Part shown: piece by piece, positions 34,845-45,605 of the stretch
How the letters are laid out: the number at the start of each line of letters is the position of its first letter
Position numbering within the stretch: the first letter of the stretch is position 1
NCBI GenBank assembly: GCA_007118495.1
Contig: SKRM01000017.1
Span: 8,675-72,674 of the forward strand
Direction: 5' to 3'
Length of the DNA stretch: 64,000 nt
Source of the DNA: Bacteroidales bacterium
GTDB lineage: Bacteria > Bacteroidota > Bacteroidia > Bacteroidales > UBA7960
The notes under the pieces: model-generated
Told to the model about the DNA's origin: nothing
Databases searched by the model: none
What the model saw: the letters and a program-made list of their open reading frames with translations, nothing else
Made by a program: the position numbers and the translations under genes

Positions 34845-36929
34845 CTAGTATTCGATTAACTCCTTTGCGGCTTCCATGATTTTCTTTACAGAAGGCAAAA
34901 TAGCTTCCTCAAGGTTTTTATGGAAACCAACCGGTGTAAACGTTGAACCTACCCTTCTGACAGGAGCATCCAGGAACTCAAAACCGATATCAGTAATCTG
35001 CGAAACGAGTTCACCGCCAAATCCACCAAACACCTTGTCTTCATGCACCACAAGAGCACGGCTTGTTTTTTTGACCGACCTGAGGACAGCCTCTGTATCA
35101 AGCGGAATAAGCGACCGAAGGTCTAATATTTCTATTTGTTTACCCGTCTCTTTGGCTATTTGTTCTGCCGCTTCGATACTTAAATGGGTTGTATTGCCAT
35201 AGGTTACAATGGTCAGGTCTTTACCGTCCCTTCTGATCCGGGCTTTTCCAAATGGAACCTCAAAGTCATCCGGCACTACTGTTTCTGCAGCCTTTGCATT
35301 GTACAACGCCTTGGGTTCAAGATAAAGCGTAGGTCCTTTTGAACGCATGGCAGTGCGGAGAAGACCTGCTGCATCGTCTGCGAATGAGGGATAAACAACC
35401 CGGATACCTGGAAAGGTGGTCATGGCGCCCTCAATGGTCTGTGAATGGTAAAGTCCGCCTCCGATATAACCACCTGAAGCAAGCCTTATGGTTACATTGG
35501 GTGAGAACTTTCCGTTGCTGCGCCAGTAATCATGGGTCATTTCAACAAATTGTTCCATGGCTGGCCAAAAGTAGTCAGCAAATTCAGCACCCTCTATCAC
35601 AACCCTAATCTTGTCATTGAAACGGCTCATACCATTGGCAGTTCCGACAATAAAATCCTCAGCAATGGGGGCGTTAAAAACGCGCTCAACTCCGAACTCC
35701 TTTTGCATACCCTTGGTCACATTAAAGATACCTCCCTTTTCTCTATAGGCCACATCCTGTCCCCAGATAAAAGTATCCGGGTTATACCTGAATTCTGCCT
35801 TGAGCGTCTCATTAAGTGCAGTAATCAACTTGACAGGGTCACCTTTTTCTTCATGAATGCCTTCAGGGTATTTCGAGGCCGGGTATGGCTCGGGAATCAC
35901 AAAATCAAAAATGGATTCCGGAGTGGGGTCGGGAGCCTTAATGGCTTTTTTATGTGCATCAGTAATAACCTTCTTGACTTGGTTCTCAACGTCTTCAAGT
36001 TCTTTTTCGGTATAAATTTCGTGTTTAAGCAATATCCGCCGAATCTTGATCAGCGGGTCATGGGCTTTAACACAATTCAATTCTCTCTCATCACGGTACA
36101 AATCATGGCGGTCACTGTTTGAGTGTGAACCTATGCGCACCACACTTGCATGAACAATTACAGGTTCAGACTTTTCAATGGCATGTTTACGTGCTTCATA
36201 CATGGCATTCATCGAACTCAGGATGTCCTTGCCATCGCAATGGATTATGCGCAAGTTTTTGAAACCACTAAAATTATCTGCTGCCTTCCGGTTGGCAGTC
36301 TGGTCTTTCTTGGGTACAGAGATACCGTAGCCATTGTCTTGAAAAACAAACACAACCGGAAGTTTTTCATTGCTGGCCCCGTTTATGGCCTCATAAACAT
36401 AGCCTTCAGACACAGATGATTCACCTTGCGAACTTATGGCCACACCCTTGTGACCATAGCGTTTCATTGCCCTGGCAACTCCCACAGCATGCAATGTGTG
36501 GTTACCTGTTGCTGATGATACATTATGTATGTTCCAATCAGGTTTGGCAAAATGATTCGACATATGGCGACCCCCACTTGCAAGGTCTGTGGCCTTTGAA
36601 ATCCCGTTTAAAATGATCTCTTCAGCAGTTATTCCAGCCGAAAGGGCAGTAAGCATATCCCTGTAGTAAGGAAACAAATGGTCTGTTTCACGGTTGAACA
36701 CCTGCCCGATGGCAAGTTGAATGGCATCATGGCCGGCAAAAGGTGCATGATATGACCAACCGAGTGCCTGCTTAAGATAATTGGGTGCCTTTTCATCAAG
36801 TTTGCGACCCAAAATCATCAACTGGTACCACTCCCTCCACTTTTCAGCACCGATGCTTTCAACGGTGTAAAAGGGTTTGTCTGTGGTTTTGCTCTTATTT
36901 TTTTGTACAGTGGTTTCCATTTCAAACAA
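34845..36929 (-). CDS. 2-oxoacid dehydrogenase E1 component, fused alpha/beta subunits (TPP-dependent)
   Basis: 694 aa. The N-terminal half is E1-alpha-like (GQESSVSEGYVYEAINGAS...VVFVFQDNGYGIS) and the C-terminal half is E1-beta/transketolase-like (FNAPIAEDFIVGTANG...YLEPKALY). Confidence 0.85.
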   Translation of the reverse strand: MFEMETTVQKNKSKTTDKPFYTVESIGAEKWREWYQLMILGRKLDEKAPNYLKQALGWSYHAPFAGHDAIQLAIGQVFNRETDHLFPYYRDMLTALSAGITAEEIILNGISKATDLASGGRHMSNHFAKPDWNIHNVSSATGNHTLHAVGVARAMKRYGHKGVAISSQGESSVSEGYVYEAINGASNEKLPVVFVFQDNGYGISVPKKDQTANRKAADNFSGFKNLRIIHCDGKDILSSMNAMYEARKHAIEKSEPVIVHASVVRIGSHSNSDRHDLYRDERELNCVKAHDPLIKIRRILLKHEIYTEKELEDVENQVKKVITDAHKKAIKAPDPTPESIFDFVIPEPYPASKYPEGIHEEKGDPVKLITALNETLKAEFRYNPDTFIWGQDVAYREKGGIFNVTKGMQKEFGVERVFNAPIAEDFIVGTANGMSRFNDKIRVVIEGAEFADYFWPAMEQFVEMTHDYWRSNGKFSPNVTIRLASGGYIGGGLYHSQTIEGAMTTFPGIRVVYPSFADDAAGLLRTAMRSKGPTLYLEPKALYNAKAAETVVPDDFEVPFGKARIRRDGKDLTIVTYGNTTHLSIEAAEQIAKETGKQIEILDLRSLIPLDTEAVLRSVKKTSRALVVHEDKVFGGFGGELVSQITDIGFEFLDAPVRRVGSTFTPVGFHKNLEEAILPSVKKIMEAAKELIEY

Positions 36930-37006
36930 ATTTAATAACTGCAGTTATCAGTTTCACTCAACACATAACACCACAATAACAGAATTTGTTTAAGAGAAAT
37001 AATGTT

Positions 37007-38530
37007 TCAGACACGGTATCCTCCCATGGTGGTTCTTATTGCCTTGGGTATCTGTTCAACAATATCGCTGGCAATCAGTCCTTCAAATCCTTTTCTTCCT
37101 GCCGCAAGATCACCTGCCCTTCCGTGAAGATAAACCGCCATCAGGCAACTGTAAAGCGGGGAGTAGTTCTGGGCAAGCCAACCGAGAATCATGCCTGCAA
37201 GTACATCACCACTTCCTCCGCTGGCCATACCCGGGTTGCCGGTTGAATTAAAAAAGCTCCTCCCGTCGGGGCATACAACAGCAGTATGGGCTCCTTTCAA
37301 TACCACATGAACCTGAAAACGATGGGCGAGTTCAATGGCCTTCTCAAGCCGGTCATGATCGTCGGTGGTTTTCCCTGCCAAACGATCAAACTCACCGGGA
37401 TGGGGGGTGAAAATAGACCCTTTGGGCAAAAATCCGCACCATGTAGGGTTTTCAGCAAGAATATTCAGCGCATCTGCATCAAGCACCATGGGTACTGAAG
37501 CATTCTGGATTAGTACCTTTAGTGCCCTGGCAGTTTGTTCATGGGTACCAATGCCCGGACCGGCACAAATGGCATTAAAACCTTCAAGGTCTGCTACTTC
37601 AGATATCAAATGAGGATGCTCTCCCGGATGACACATAGCCTCAGGAACAGCCGTCTGCATAATCTCATACCCACAATGAGGCAATTGAACTGTAAGCAGG
37701 CCTGCCCCCGTCCTCATGGTAGCCCTGGCGGCCAGAACCGCCGCACCAATTTTCCCGTAGCTACCTGACATCAGAAAAGCATGGCCATAATGTCCTTTAT
37801 GCGAGAATTTTTTTCTGTGTCTGTATAATGACCTGATTTCAGATGCATGTAAATAGAAATAACTGGTCTCTGCCAACCTGATTCCTTCAGGATGCAGGCC
37901 TATATCCAGCGTAAACCACTGCCCTGCAAACTGTTCGTTTAAAGGCATCATAAATGCCAGCTTTGGCATTTGAAAGCTCAAAGTATAATCAGCCCTGATA
38001 ATATAATTCAAGTCATTGCTCCTGTTATCTTCGGCGAATAAGCCGGTGGGCATGTCAATAGACACCACTTCAGCCGGTGAAGCATTGATGTGCGAAACAA
38101 GGCGGGCCAATAAACCCTCAAGGGGTCTGGCAAGTCCGCTACCCAAAATAGCATCGATAACCAGCTCATCCTGATGTATTTCCGGAAAATGGCTGTCTTC
38201 GTCAAGATATTCTACCTTGACATGCTTGTGCGTTTGCAGTCGTTTTTCATTGATCAGGAAATCTTCAGAGGCTTTTTTTGCATGTTTTACGACAAAAACC
38301 ACAACTTTCAATCCTTTTTTTGCAAGCATTCTGGCCATGGCCAGTCCGTCACCTCCGTTGTTACCCATTCCACAAAATATTTTCAATGCAGATTTATGTT
38401 GCATATGTCTGCGTACCCATCCGGCGCATTGTCCGGCGGCTCTTTCCATAAGGTCTATTGATGCAATGGGTTCATGTTTTATGGTATATGCATCTAACTC
38501 ACGAATCTGATCTGCACGTAGAATTTTCAT
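37007..38530 (-). CDS. nnr: Bifunctional NAD(P)H-hydrate epimerase / ADP-dependent dehydratase
   Basis: N-terminal YjeF_N (CGMGNNGGDGLAMAR) and C-terminal carbohydrate-kinase fold (GHYGHAFL..GS...GAAVLAA, GSGDVLAG). Confidence 0.9.
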   Translation of the reverse strand: MKILRADQIRELDAYTIKHEPIASIDLMERAAGQCAGWVRRHMQHKSALKIFCGMGNNGGDGLAMARMLAKKGLKVVVFVVKHAKKASEDFLINEKRLQTHKHVKVEYLDEDSHFPEIHQDELVIDAILGSGLARPLEGLLARLVSHINASPAEVVSIDMPTGLFAEDNRSNDLNYIIRADYTLSFQMPKLAFMMPLNEQFAGQWFTLDIGLHPEGIRLAETSYFYLHASEIRSLYRHRKKFSHKGHYGHAFLMSGSYGKIGAAVLAARATMRTGAGLLTVQLPHCGYEIMQTAVPEAMCHPGEHPHLISEVADLEGFNAICAGPGIGTHEQTARALKVLIQNASVPMVLDADALNILAENPTWCGFLPKGSIFTPHPGEFDRLAGKTTDDHDRLEKAIELAHRFQVHVVLKGAHTAVVCPDGRSFFNSTGNPGMASGGSGDVLAGMILGWLAQNYSPLYSCLMAVYLHGRAGDLAAGRKGFEGLIASDIVEQIPKAIRTTMGGYRV

Positions 38531-38575
38531 AACTGGCGTATTTTTAGTCAGGCTGATTTAGTTAATTTTACAGCC

Positions 38576-39259
38576 ATGAATGGGTTTATATCTGACACAC
38601 AATATGTTTTACTTCCGACGGCCTACCTCCCTCCGCTAGAGTATATGGTCTGGCTCTACGCATCAAAAAAGGCGGTTGTAGAACTTCATGAAACCTACCA
38701 GCGGCAAACCTGGCGAAACAGATGCAGCATTTATGCAGCCAATGGTCGCCTTGACCTGATAATCCCTGTTGAAAGGCCTGATGGCAACAGCACAAAAACC
38801 TGTTTTGTAAAAACAAGTAAGCACACCAATTGGCCTATCAAACACTGGCGTTCCATAACTGCAGCCTACAACAATGCTCCGTTTTTCATTTATTACAAAG
38901 ACTTGCTTGAACCATTCTACAGGCATTCGTCAAATCATAACCTCTGGGAGTTCAATATGCTGCTTCTCAAATCAATTACTGATGAGCTTTCAATTAACAC
39001 CCACATAACCAGAACTTCATCGTATGAGTCAAGGCCCGAAAAAATCACCGACCTCAGAGCCTTTCTCACACCCAAGTCTCACCGAAGATCAATCTCCCAA
39101 TCTTTTTCATGGCCCACATACCATCAGACATTTGCTGAAAAACATGGATTCATCCCAAACCTGAGTATTGTCGACCTGCTTTTTCATATGGGGCCTGATA
39201 CCATGGGTTACCTGAAAGATGTAAGCTGTTCACTACTTAATCACCCCAGCGAAGGATAA
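38576..39259 (+). CDS. WbqC-family protein
   Basis: 227 aa. LLPTAYLPPLEYM..., HETYQRQTWRNRC.I...G...L.IPV pattern typical of WbqC-like proteins. Confidence 0.7.
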   Translation: MNGFISDTQYVLLPTAYLPPLEYMVWLYASKKAVVELHETYQRQTWRNRCSIYAANGRLDLIIPVERPDGNSTKTCFVKTSKHTNWPIKHWRSITAAYNNAPFFIYYKDLLEPFYRHSSNHNLWEFNMLLLKSITDELSINTHITRTSSYESRPEKITDLRAFLTPKSHRRSISQSFSWPTYHQTFAEKHGFIPNLSIVDLLFHMGPDTMGYLKDVSCSLLNHPSEG

Positions 39260-41319
39260 GCAACCCTGACGTGGTAAATATTGAGTAACATTTTTTTAAA
39301 AATATGCTTTACGGTTGTAATGTCTTTCAAGGTTATGTCTGCATTGTCAAATTGTTTCTCCTGAAGCTGGGTATCAATAATTTTATCGACAAGGTTGCTG
39401 ATTTGTTTATCATCAGGGCGCCCCAGGCTTCTTGAAGCTGCTTCAACCGAGTCTGCCATCATAACAACTGCCGTCTCTCTCGAGAAAGGACGTGGACCAG
39501 GATAAGTGAATCCGGCCTTATCAATTTCAGCATCAGGATTTTGTTTCATTTGCATGGTAAAAAAATACCTGGCTGTAGTAGTACCATGATGGGTTCGGAT
39601 AAAGTCGATGATATACTCAGGTAAATTGTGTTTGCGAGCCATTTCTATTCCGTCGATGACATGATCAATGATGATTTGCGCACTCTCTTTAAAGCTGATT
39701 TCATCGTGGGGGTTATATCCCGAAGTTTGGTTCTCTGTAAAATATTGGGGGTTTTTCATCTTTCCAATATCATGGTAGAGTGCTCCGGTACGCGTCAGCA
39801 AACTGTTTCCGCCAATGGCTATCATGGCTTCTTCAGCGAGATTGGCAACCTGCAATGAATGCTGAAATGTTCCCGGCGCCTGAAGCCCAAGTTTGCGCAG
39901 AAGGGTATTGTTGGTATCAGCCAACTCAAGCAACGAAAAATCGGTTGGCATGCCAAATAAACGTTCGAACATGAAAATCAGCGGATAGGCAAAAAGGGTC
40001 AGGAATGCGCCTCCTGCAAAATACACAAAATCTAACCAGTAAAGGTCATTGAATGAACCTGTATGTGCCAGCGACAATCCGAAATAAACAGCAGAATAGG
40101 TGAGAAAAATATATGTAGCCGTTATAAAAAGCTGCGACCGTCTTCGCAAACTGGCCATACTTAATATGGCTATTATTCCTGCAATAAACTGCAGAAATAC
40201 AAATTCGAAGCTTCTTGGGATGATAAACCCGATGAGAATAATGGTAATTATATGCACATACAAAGCCAGCCTGTTGTCAAAAAAAGCACGAATAACCACA
40301 GGAACAAGGCAAACCGGCACAAGGTAGATATAGTTCAGATTATACCTGATTACCAGGCTGGTGAGAAAAACCATAAGAAAAACTGTCAGCAAGATCAGCA
40401 GAATGCGTCTGTTGTCGGTAAAAATATCCCTGCGAAAAACATATAAAAACAGAAGTAAAACAATCATAGAGATACTCACCAGCAAAAACTGGCCTGCATA
40501 AAGCAGCGCCCTGACCGCTGAATCACCGACCTGTCGCTGATATTCAACCCTGAATGATTCAAGCACCTGATAGGTCTGGGGATTGATTATTTCTCCCTTC
40601 GAAATAATTTTCTCCCCTTCTTGCACCATACCCCGTGTCAGAGGGATGCTCTCCAGTTCGGCTTCTATGGTACGCTCTGTAATTGTCTGGCTGTAAAACA
40701 CATTATGCGTCAGGGCGTTTTCAAGCAGAGACAGAAGCAGTTCAACGTCAATGGCTTCTGCCGCATCATCAAGGGTGCTTGCCGCGTACAAAAATGCTTC
40801 CTGAATGGTATACAGTTCACCAATGGTGGTACTTCTGGCCACATTATTCTCCATGACCCTGATACCAAAATCATCAGAGTTATCTCTGAATGCTCCCCCG
40901 GGATACACTATACCCCGGTCATAAAGATGGGTCAATATATCAATGGCCACATCTCTGTTAACCACTTTTCGACCACGAACAGGTCTATCTGCATGCTTTT
41001 CATCCCACGCATTGTCAAATGCATCCACAAAAACTTCAAGCACTGAGTCTGCTATCATTCTGTCTCTGGTAAAAAATGGGAGAAAGCCGGCCAGAATTTC
41101 TTCTCTTTCTCTTTCCAGATCAGCCTGCGATTTGAGAACGGCAAAATCAAAAGGTGCAATGAGATCATCGTACATCCATGGACGTGACTGTTGATACTCA
41201 TAGTCAAACCCTGGCTGCCGGGGAAAAAACTGCACCAGTAAAAAAATCGTCAAAAGAACGATAAACCCCTTGTATATATGGGAAAAATGGCGCTGCAGCC
41301 AATGCAAAATATCTTTCAT
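39241..41319 (-). CDS. 7TM-receptor HD-domain phosphohydrolase (7TMR-HDED + HDIG; PgpH/YqfF-like)
   Basis: 692 aa. N-terminal extracytoplasmic domain, seven TM helices, and a C-terminal HD domain with HSLQVANL and LYHDIGK. Confidence 0.85.
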   Translation of the reverse strand: MKDILHWLQRHFSHIYKGFIVLLTIFLLVQFFPRQPGFDYEYQQSRPWMYDDLIAPFDFAVLKSQADLEREREEILAGFLPFFTRDRMIADSVLEVFVDAFDNAWDEKHADRPVRGRKVVNRDVAIDILTHLYDRGIVYPGGAFRDNSDDFGIRVMENNVARSTTIGELYTIQEAFLYAASTLDDAAEAIDVELLLSLLENALTHNVFYSQTITERTIEAELESIPLTRGMVQEGEKIISKGEIINPQTYQVLESFRVEYQRQVGDSAVRALLYAGQFLLVSISMIVLLLFLYVFRRDIFTDNRRILLILLTVFLMVFLTSLVIRYNLNYIYLVPVCLVPVVIRAFFDNRLALYVHIITIILIGFIIPRSFEFVFLQFIAGIIAILSMASLRRRSQLFITATYIFLTYSAVYFGLSLAHTGSFNDLYWLDFVYFAGGAFLTLFAYPLIFMFERLFGMPTDFSLLELADTNNTLLRKLGLQAPGTFQHSLQVANLAEEAMIAIGGNSLLTRTGALYHDIGKMKNPQYFTENQTSGYNPHDEISFKESAQIIIDHVIDGIEMARKHNLPEYIIDFIRTHHGTTTARYFFTMQMKQNPDAEIDKAGFTYPGPRPFSRETAVVMMADSVEAASRSLGRPDDKQISNLVDKIIDTQLQEKQFDNADITLKDITTVKHIFKKMLLNIYHVRVAYPSLG

Positions 41320-41437
41320 AGATTTTGAACTATAGTCAATGAACGAATTTAGGCATTTTAGCTGAAGAAAACCAGCTGGAACCCGCTGTTAGTAGAGAAA
41401 TTTAATTATTTTTATGCCTTTAATCCGGGGGTATCTC

Positions 41438-42220
41438 ATGCAGAAATACGGTATTTGTCCTATAGGTGCGGCAGCCATGCGAAGTCAGGCATCACACCGC
41501 AGCGAAATGATCAGTCAGCTGATTTTTGGTGAAACCTTCAGTTTGCTTGCGAAGTCGGCAGGGTGGTTACATATTGAGTCATCGCATGATCAATACCAGG
41601 GATGGGTTGCGGCAAACCAGGTTGAATTGATCAGCCATGATACCTATACCTGGCTCAGAAATGATTCAGTGTTTTATACAACTGGCCGCTTCAGTAAAGT
41701 AACAAATCTGCATAGCAGCCACAGCTTCATGATCAGTGGAGGCAGTCCTTTTCCTGGTAATGGACACAAGGTGTGCAAATTTGAGAGTTTTACCTTTGAA
41801 CATCATGGTAACCTCATGAAACCTTCAGGCAACCAAGCTGGGGATATTCTCCACCTGGCCGGTGATCTCATGCATACACCCTATCTCTGGGGCGGCCGGT
41901 CTGCTTTTGGAGTTGACTGTTCAGGTCTGGTTCAGCTATGCTTCAGAATGGCCGGCATTAGATTACCCAGAGATTCTTCGGTACAATCAAACCTGGGCGA
42001 ATCTATACACCTGATACACGAAGCAAAAGCAGGTGATCTGGCTTTCTTCGACAACGATGAAGGTGTCATTAATCATGTAGGGATTATAACCGGCGACGGA
42101 CATATAATCCACGCCCACGGCAGGGTGCGCAAAGATAAAGTTGATCACCAGGGGATTTTCAACCAGGGTTCTGGCAGGTATACCCACAAGCTCAGACTCA
42201 TTAAACGTATTTGCAGTTAG
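41438..42220 (+). CDS. C40 (NlpC/P60) family peptidoglycan peptidase with N-terminal SH3-like domain
   Basis: Catalytic GVDCSGLV, with His in HVGIITGDGHIIHAHG. SH3b-like N-terminal half. The Met at 41414 is an alternative start. Confidence 0.85.
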   Translation: MQKYGICPIGAAAMRSQASHRSEMISQLIFGETFSLLAKSAGWLHIESSHDQYQGWVAANQVELISHDTYTWLRNDSVFYTTGRFSKVTNLHSSHSFMISGGSPFPGNGHKVCKFESFTFEHHGNLMKPSGNQAGDILHLAGDLMHTPYLWGGRSAFGVDCSGLVQLCFRMAGIRLPRDSSVQSNLGESIHLIHEAKAGDLAFFDNDEGVINHVGIITGDGHIIHAHGRVRKDKVDHQGIFNQGSGRYTHKLRLIKRICS

Positions 42221-42302
42221 ATTGCAGCCTGAATTTTATCACCAGAGCAAGGTGAACCTTGACTCCGTTTAGTTTGTTATTTACTGAGTGATTGATTTTA
42301 CT

Positions 42303-42310
42303 TACCTTTG
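42303..42310 (+). promoter_or_regulatory. Bacteroidota-type -7 promoter box (TAnnTTTG)
   Basis: TACCTTTG lies 22 nt upstream of the thrS ATG. Confidence 0.35.
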
Positions 42311-42332
42311 CAAGCTGAAAAAGAGATAGCTG

Positions 42333-44267
42333 ATGATAAATATTACCTTACCCGACCAAACTATCAGAGAATTCCCAAGCGGTATTACCGGAATGGAGAT
42401 TGCGCAGAGCATTTCAGAAGGCTTGGCTCGCAATGTATTATCCATCACTGTCAACGGTGAAGTGATGGATCTGAACAGACCCATCACAACAGATGCAGCC
42501 ATTAAGTTGAACACCTGGGATGACAAAGATGGAAAAGCCACCATGTGGCACTCATCTGCCCACATTATGGCAGCAGCTATTGAAGAATTGTACCCGGGCA
42601 CAAAATTTGGTATTGGCCCTGATGTGGAGAATGGTTTCTATTATGATATTGACCTTGGTGACAAAAGTATTTCCAGTAATGATTTCAGTGAGATTGAGGA
42701 CAAAATACTTGAAATTGCAAGGCGCAAAGAACCTTTCATCAGAACAGATATCCCAAAAAATGAAGCACTTGAATTTTACCGGGCAAAAGGCGATGAGTAT
42801 AAGGTTGACCTGATCAGTGATCTTGAAGACGGAACAATTAGTTTCTATAAGTCTGGTCACTTCACCGATCTTTGCCGGGGTCCACACCTGGTTGACACCA
42901 GTCCGATCAAGGCTGTGAAATTGCTCAATACCGCAGGTGCTTACTGGCGCGGAGATGAAAGCCGCAAACAGCTCACCCGCGTATACGGCATTACCTTTCC
43001 GAAGCAAAAGATGCTCAAGGAGTATCTGGAAATGCTTGAAGAGGCCAAAAAAAGAGACCATCGTAAAATCGGACGTGAACTTGAACTTTTTGCCTTCTCG
43101 GCCAAGGTCGGTCAGGGGCTGCCACTCTGGCTCCCAAAAGGTGCAGAACTTCGTGAAAACCTGGAGAAGTTCCTGAAAAAAGTTCAGCGCAAGGCTGGGT
43201 ACCAACCCGTGATTTCTCCCCATATTGGAAATAAAAACCTATATATCACCAGCGGCCATTATGACAAATACGGTGAAGACTCCTTCCAGCCTATTTCAAC
43301 ACCCTCTGAAGGCGAAGAATTCTTCCTGAAACCCATGAATTGTCCTCACCATTGTGAGATATACAAGATCAAACAGTATTCATATAAAGACCTGCCTGTC
43401 AGGCTGGCTGAATTCGGGACTGTATACAGATATGAGCAAAGCGGTGAACTGCACGGACTGACCAGAGTCAGGGGCTTTACCCAGGATGACGCACATATTT
43501 TCTGCCGGCCCGACCAGGTGAAAGAAGAATTCATTGCTGTGATAGACATCGTTTTGCATATTTTTCGTGCACTCGATTTCAATGACTATAGTGTCCAGAT
43601 ATCTCTCAGAGACCCTGTCAATAAGGAGAAATACATTGGCTCTGACGAAAACTGGGAAAAGGCTGAAAAGGCCATCATTGAAGCCACCCGTGAAAAAGGA
43701 CTCTCTGCTGAGGTTGTAACTGGTGAAGCTGCATTTTATGGCCCCAAACTTGATTTCATGGTCAATGATGCCCTGGGCAGGAAATGGCAGCTGGGAACCA
43801 TTCAGGTTGATTACAACCTTCCTGATCGTTTTGAACTTGAATATATCGGCAGTGACAACCAGAAACACAGGCCTGTTATGATTCACAGGGCGCCATTTGG
43901 CTCGTTGGAAAGGTTCGTGGCAGTTATGATAGAGCACTATGCCGGAAACTTCCCGCTTTGGCTCACACCTGATCAGGCTATCATATTGCCAATCAGCGAC
44001 AAATATGCTGATTATGCAAAAAAAGTTTTAAATTTGCTAAATAATTACGAAATTCGCACGCTGATTGACGAGCGCAGCGAAAAAACGGGAAAGAAAATTC
44101 GCGATGCCGAAACGCGCAAAATCCCATTCATGCTGATAGTCGGTGAAAAAGAAGAAGCCGGGGAGACTGTCTCCGTTCGTAAACACGGCGAAGGAGACCT
44201 CGGATCTTTTTCTATTGAAGAATTTGTAAAAATGGTTGAGGATGAAGTAAACAGACTTTTACAGTAA
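42333..44267 (+). CDS. thrS: Threonine--tRNA ligase
   Basis: 644 aa. TGS domain, editing-domain HSSAH, class II motifs ([26 protein letters not shown]; GPKLDF; HRAPFGS), and an anticodon-binding C-terminus. Confidence 0.97.
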   Translation: MINITLPDQTIREFPSGITGMEIAQSISEGLARNVLSITVNGEVMDLNRPITTDAAIKLNTWDDKDGKATMWHSSAHIMAAAIEELYPGTKFGIGPDVENGFYYDIDLGDKSISSNDFSEIEDKILEIARRKEPFIRTDIPKNEALEFYRAKGDEYKVDLISDLEDGTISFYKSGHFTDLCRGPHLVDTSPIKAVKLLNTAGAYWRGDESRKQLTRVYGITFPKQKMLKEYLEMLEEAKKRDHRKIGRELELFAFSAKVGQGLPLWLPKGAELRENLEKFLKKVQRKAGYQPVISPHIGNKNLYITSGHYDKYGEDSFQPISTPSEGEEFFLKPMNCPHHCEIYKIKQYSYKDLPVRLAEFGTVYRYEQSGELHGLTRVRGFTQDDAHIFCRPDQVKEEFIAVIDIVLHIFRALDFNDYSVQISLRDPVNKEKYIGSDENWEKAEKAIIEATREKGLSAEVVTGEAAFYGPKLDFMVNDALGRKWQLGTIQVDYNLPDRFELEYIGSDNQKHRPVMIHRAPFGSLERFVAVMIEHYAGNFPLWLTPDQAIILPISDKYADYAKKVLNLLNNYEIRTLIDERSEKTGKKIRDAETRKIPFMLIVGEKEEAGETVSVRKHGEGDLGSFSIEEFVKMVEDEVNRLLQ

Positions 44268-44306
44268 ATAAATAGATTCATTCACAAAATACAGGAGGAA
44301 CAAAAC

Positions 44307-44876
44307 ATAGCAACACCATTCAGACCACGAGGCAACAGAAGGCGCTTTGTAAAGAAAGAAGACCCACACCGGATTAATGAACGTATTACGGCCCCCGTTG
44401 TACGTGTTGTGGGAGAAAATGTTGATGCCGACATCATCGCGGTAAAAGATGCCATCAATATGGCTGATGAACTAGGTCTTGACCTGGTCGAAATTGCCCC
44501 CACAGCCAATCCACCGGTTTGTAAAATCATGGATTACAAAAAGTTTCTTTACGAGCAAAAAAAGAAACAAAAGGAGATCAAGGCCAATGCAGCCAAGATC
44601 GTTGTAAAAGAAATCAGAATGGGGCCCAACACCGATGACCATGACTTTAATTTTAAATTGAAGCATGCCATCAAATTTTTGGAAGAAGGTGCCAAACTGA
44701 AGGTCTATGTTTTTTTCAAGGGAAGGTCGATCATTTACAAAGAAAAAGGTGAGGTGATCCTCCTGCGTTTTGCGCAAGAAATTGAAGATTACGGAAAAGT
44801 TGAACAAATGCCCAAAATGGAAGGTAAGCGCATGATCATGTTTATCACCCCAAAAAAGGGCCCTAAAAAAAGTTAA
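44307..44876 (+). CDS. infC: Translation initiation factor IF-3, with a non-canonical start codon (ATA proposed)
   Basis: The conserved N-domain [19 protein letters not shown] lies upstream of the first GTG (44409). There is no ATG/GTG/TTG in frame between the thrS stop (44265) and 44409. AGGAGG at 44293-44298 is followed 8 nt later by ATA. Confidence 0.85.
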   Translation: MATPFRPRGNRRRFVKKEDPHRINERITAPVVRVVGENVDADIIAVKDAINMADELGLDLVEIAPTANPPVCKIMDYKKFLYEQKKKQKEIKANAAKIVVKEIRMGPNTDDHDFNFKLKHAIKFLEEGAKLKVYVFFKGRSIIYKEKGEVILLRFAQEIEDYGKVEQMPKMEGKRMIMFITPKKGPKKS

Positions 44877-44913
44877 TATTCATTTACCATAACCCTGTAA
44901 ATTAAATTGAGTA

Positions 44914-45108
44914 ATGCCTAAAATGAAAACCAAATCCGGAGCAAAAAAGCGGTTCTCTCTTACCGCATCCGGAAAGATCAAGCGCAAGCACGCTTATAAA
45001 AGCCATATCCTTACAAAAAAGAGTAAAAAAAGAAAGAGAAATTTGACGAAGACTTCGCTGGTACACAAATCAGACGAGAAGAATGTAAAAGCCATGCTGG
45101 CTCTTTAG
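44914..45108 (+). CDS. rpmI: 50S ribosomal protein L35
   Basis: 64 aa, [14 protein letters not shown]... Confidence 0.97.
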   Translation: MPKMKTKSGAKKRFSLTASGKIKRKHAYKSHILTKKSKKRKRNLTKTSLVHKSDEKNVKAMLAL

Positions 45109-45195
45109 TCAGTCATTTAACTATAAACCTTTGTTCAAGCCAGAAAAGTCTTTCCCACCACCGAGGAAAGCGCTTAACAAACAAAACGAACTATC

Positions 45196-45540
45196 ATGTC
45201 AAGAGCAGTAAATAAAGTCGCCGCAAGGCGCAGAAGAAAAAAGCTTCTAAAACTAACCAGAGGTTACTTTGGTTCCAGAAAAAATGTCTACACGGTAGCC
45301 AAGAACACCTATGAAAAAGGACTCGGCTATGCATACCGTGACCGCAGGAACAAAAAGAGAGAATTCCGGAAACTGTGGATCCAGCGTATCAATGCAGCAG
45401 TAAGACAGTATGACCTGAATTACTCACAATTTATAGGCAAACTGAATGAAAAGGATATTCAGATCAACCGCAAAGTGTTGGCAGATCTTGGTATGAATCA
45501 TCCTGAAGCGTTCAAAGCCATTGTGGACGCAGTAAAATAA
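45196..45540 (+). CDS. rplT: 50S ribosomal protein L20
   Basis: 114 aa, ...[16 protein letters not shown]...[24 protein letters not shown]. Confidence 0.97.
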   Translation: MSRAVNKVAARRRRKKLLKLTRGYFGSRKNVYTVAKNTYEKGLGYAYRDRRNKKREFRKLWIQRINAAVRQYDLNYSQFIGKLNEKDIQINRKVLADLGMNHPEAFKAIVDAVK

Positions 45541-45568
45541 ATTCAATATATTTCCAGGTAAATGAATC

Positions 45569-45605
45569 AAGGGTGGGCTAACGATAGCCCACCCTTTCTT
45601 TCTCA
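45569..45605 (+). terminator. Intrinsic terminator of the thrS-infC-rpmI-rplT cluster
   Basis: Perfect 11-bp stem AAGGGTGGGCT/AGCCCACCCTT with a 6-nt loop, followed by TCTTTCT. It overlaps the last codons of the convergent gene. Confidence 0.75.

Noticed and set aside
42552-43937. Two long antisense ORFs (223 aa at 42552-43223 and 185 aa at 43380-43937) inside thrS
   Set aside because: They lie entirely within a highly conserved, clearly real gene on the other strand. Their products are low-complexity with no recognisable motifs. Long stop-free antisense frames are a known by-product of codon bias.
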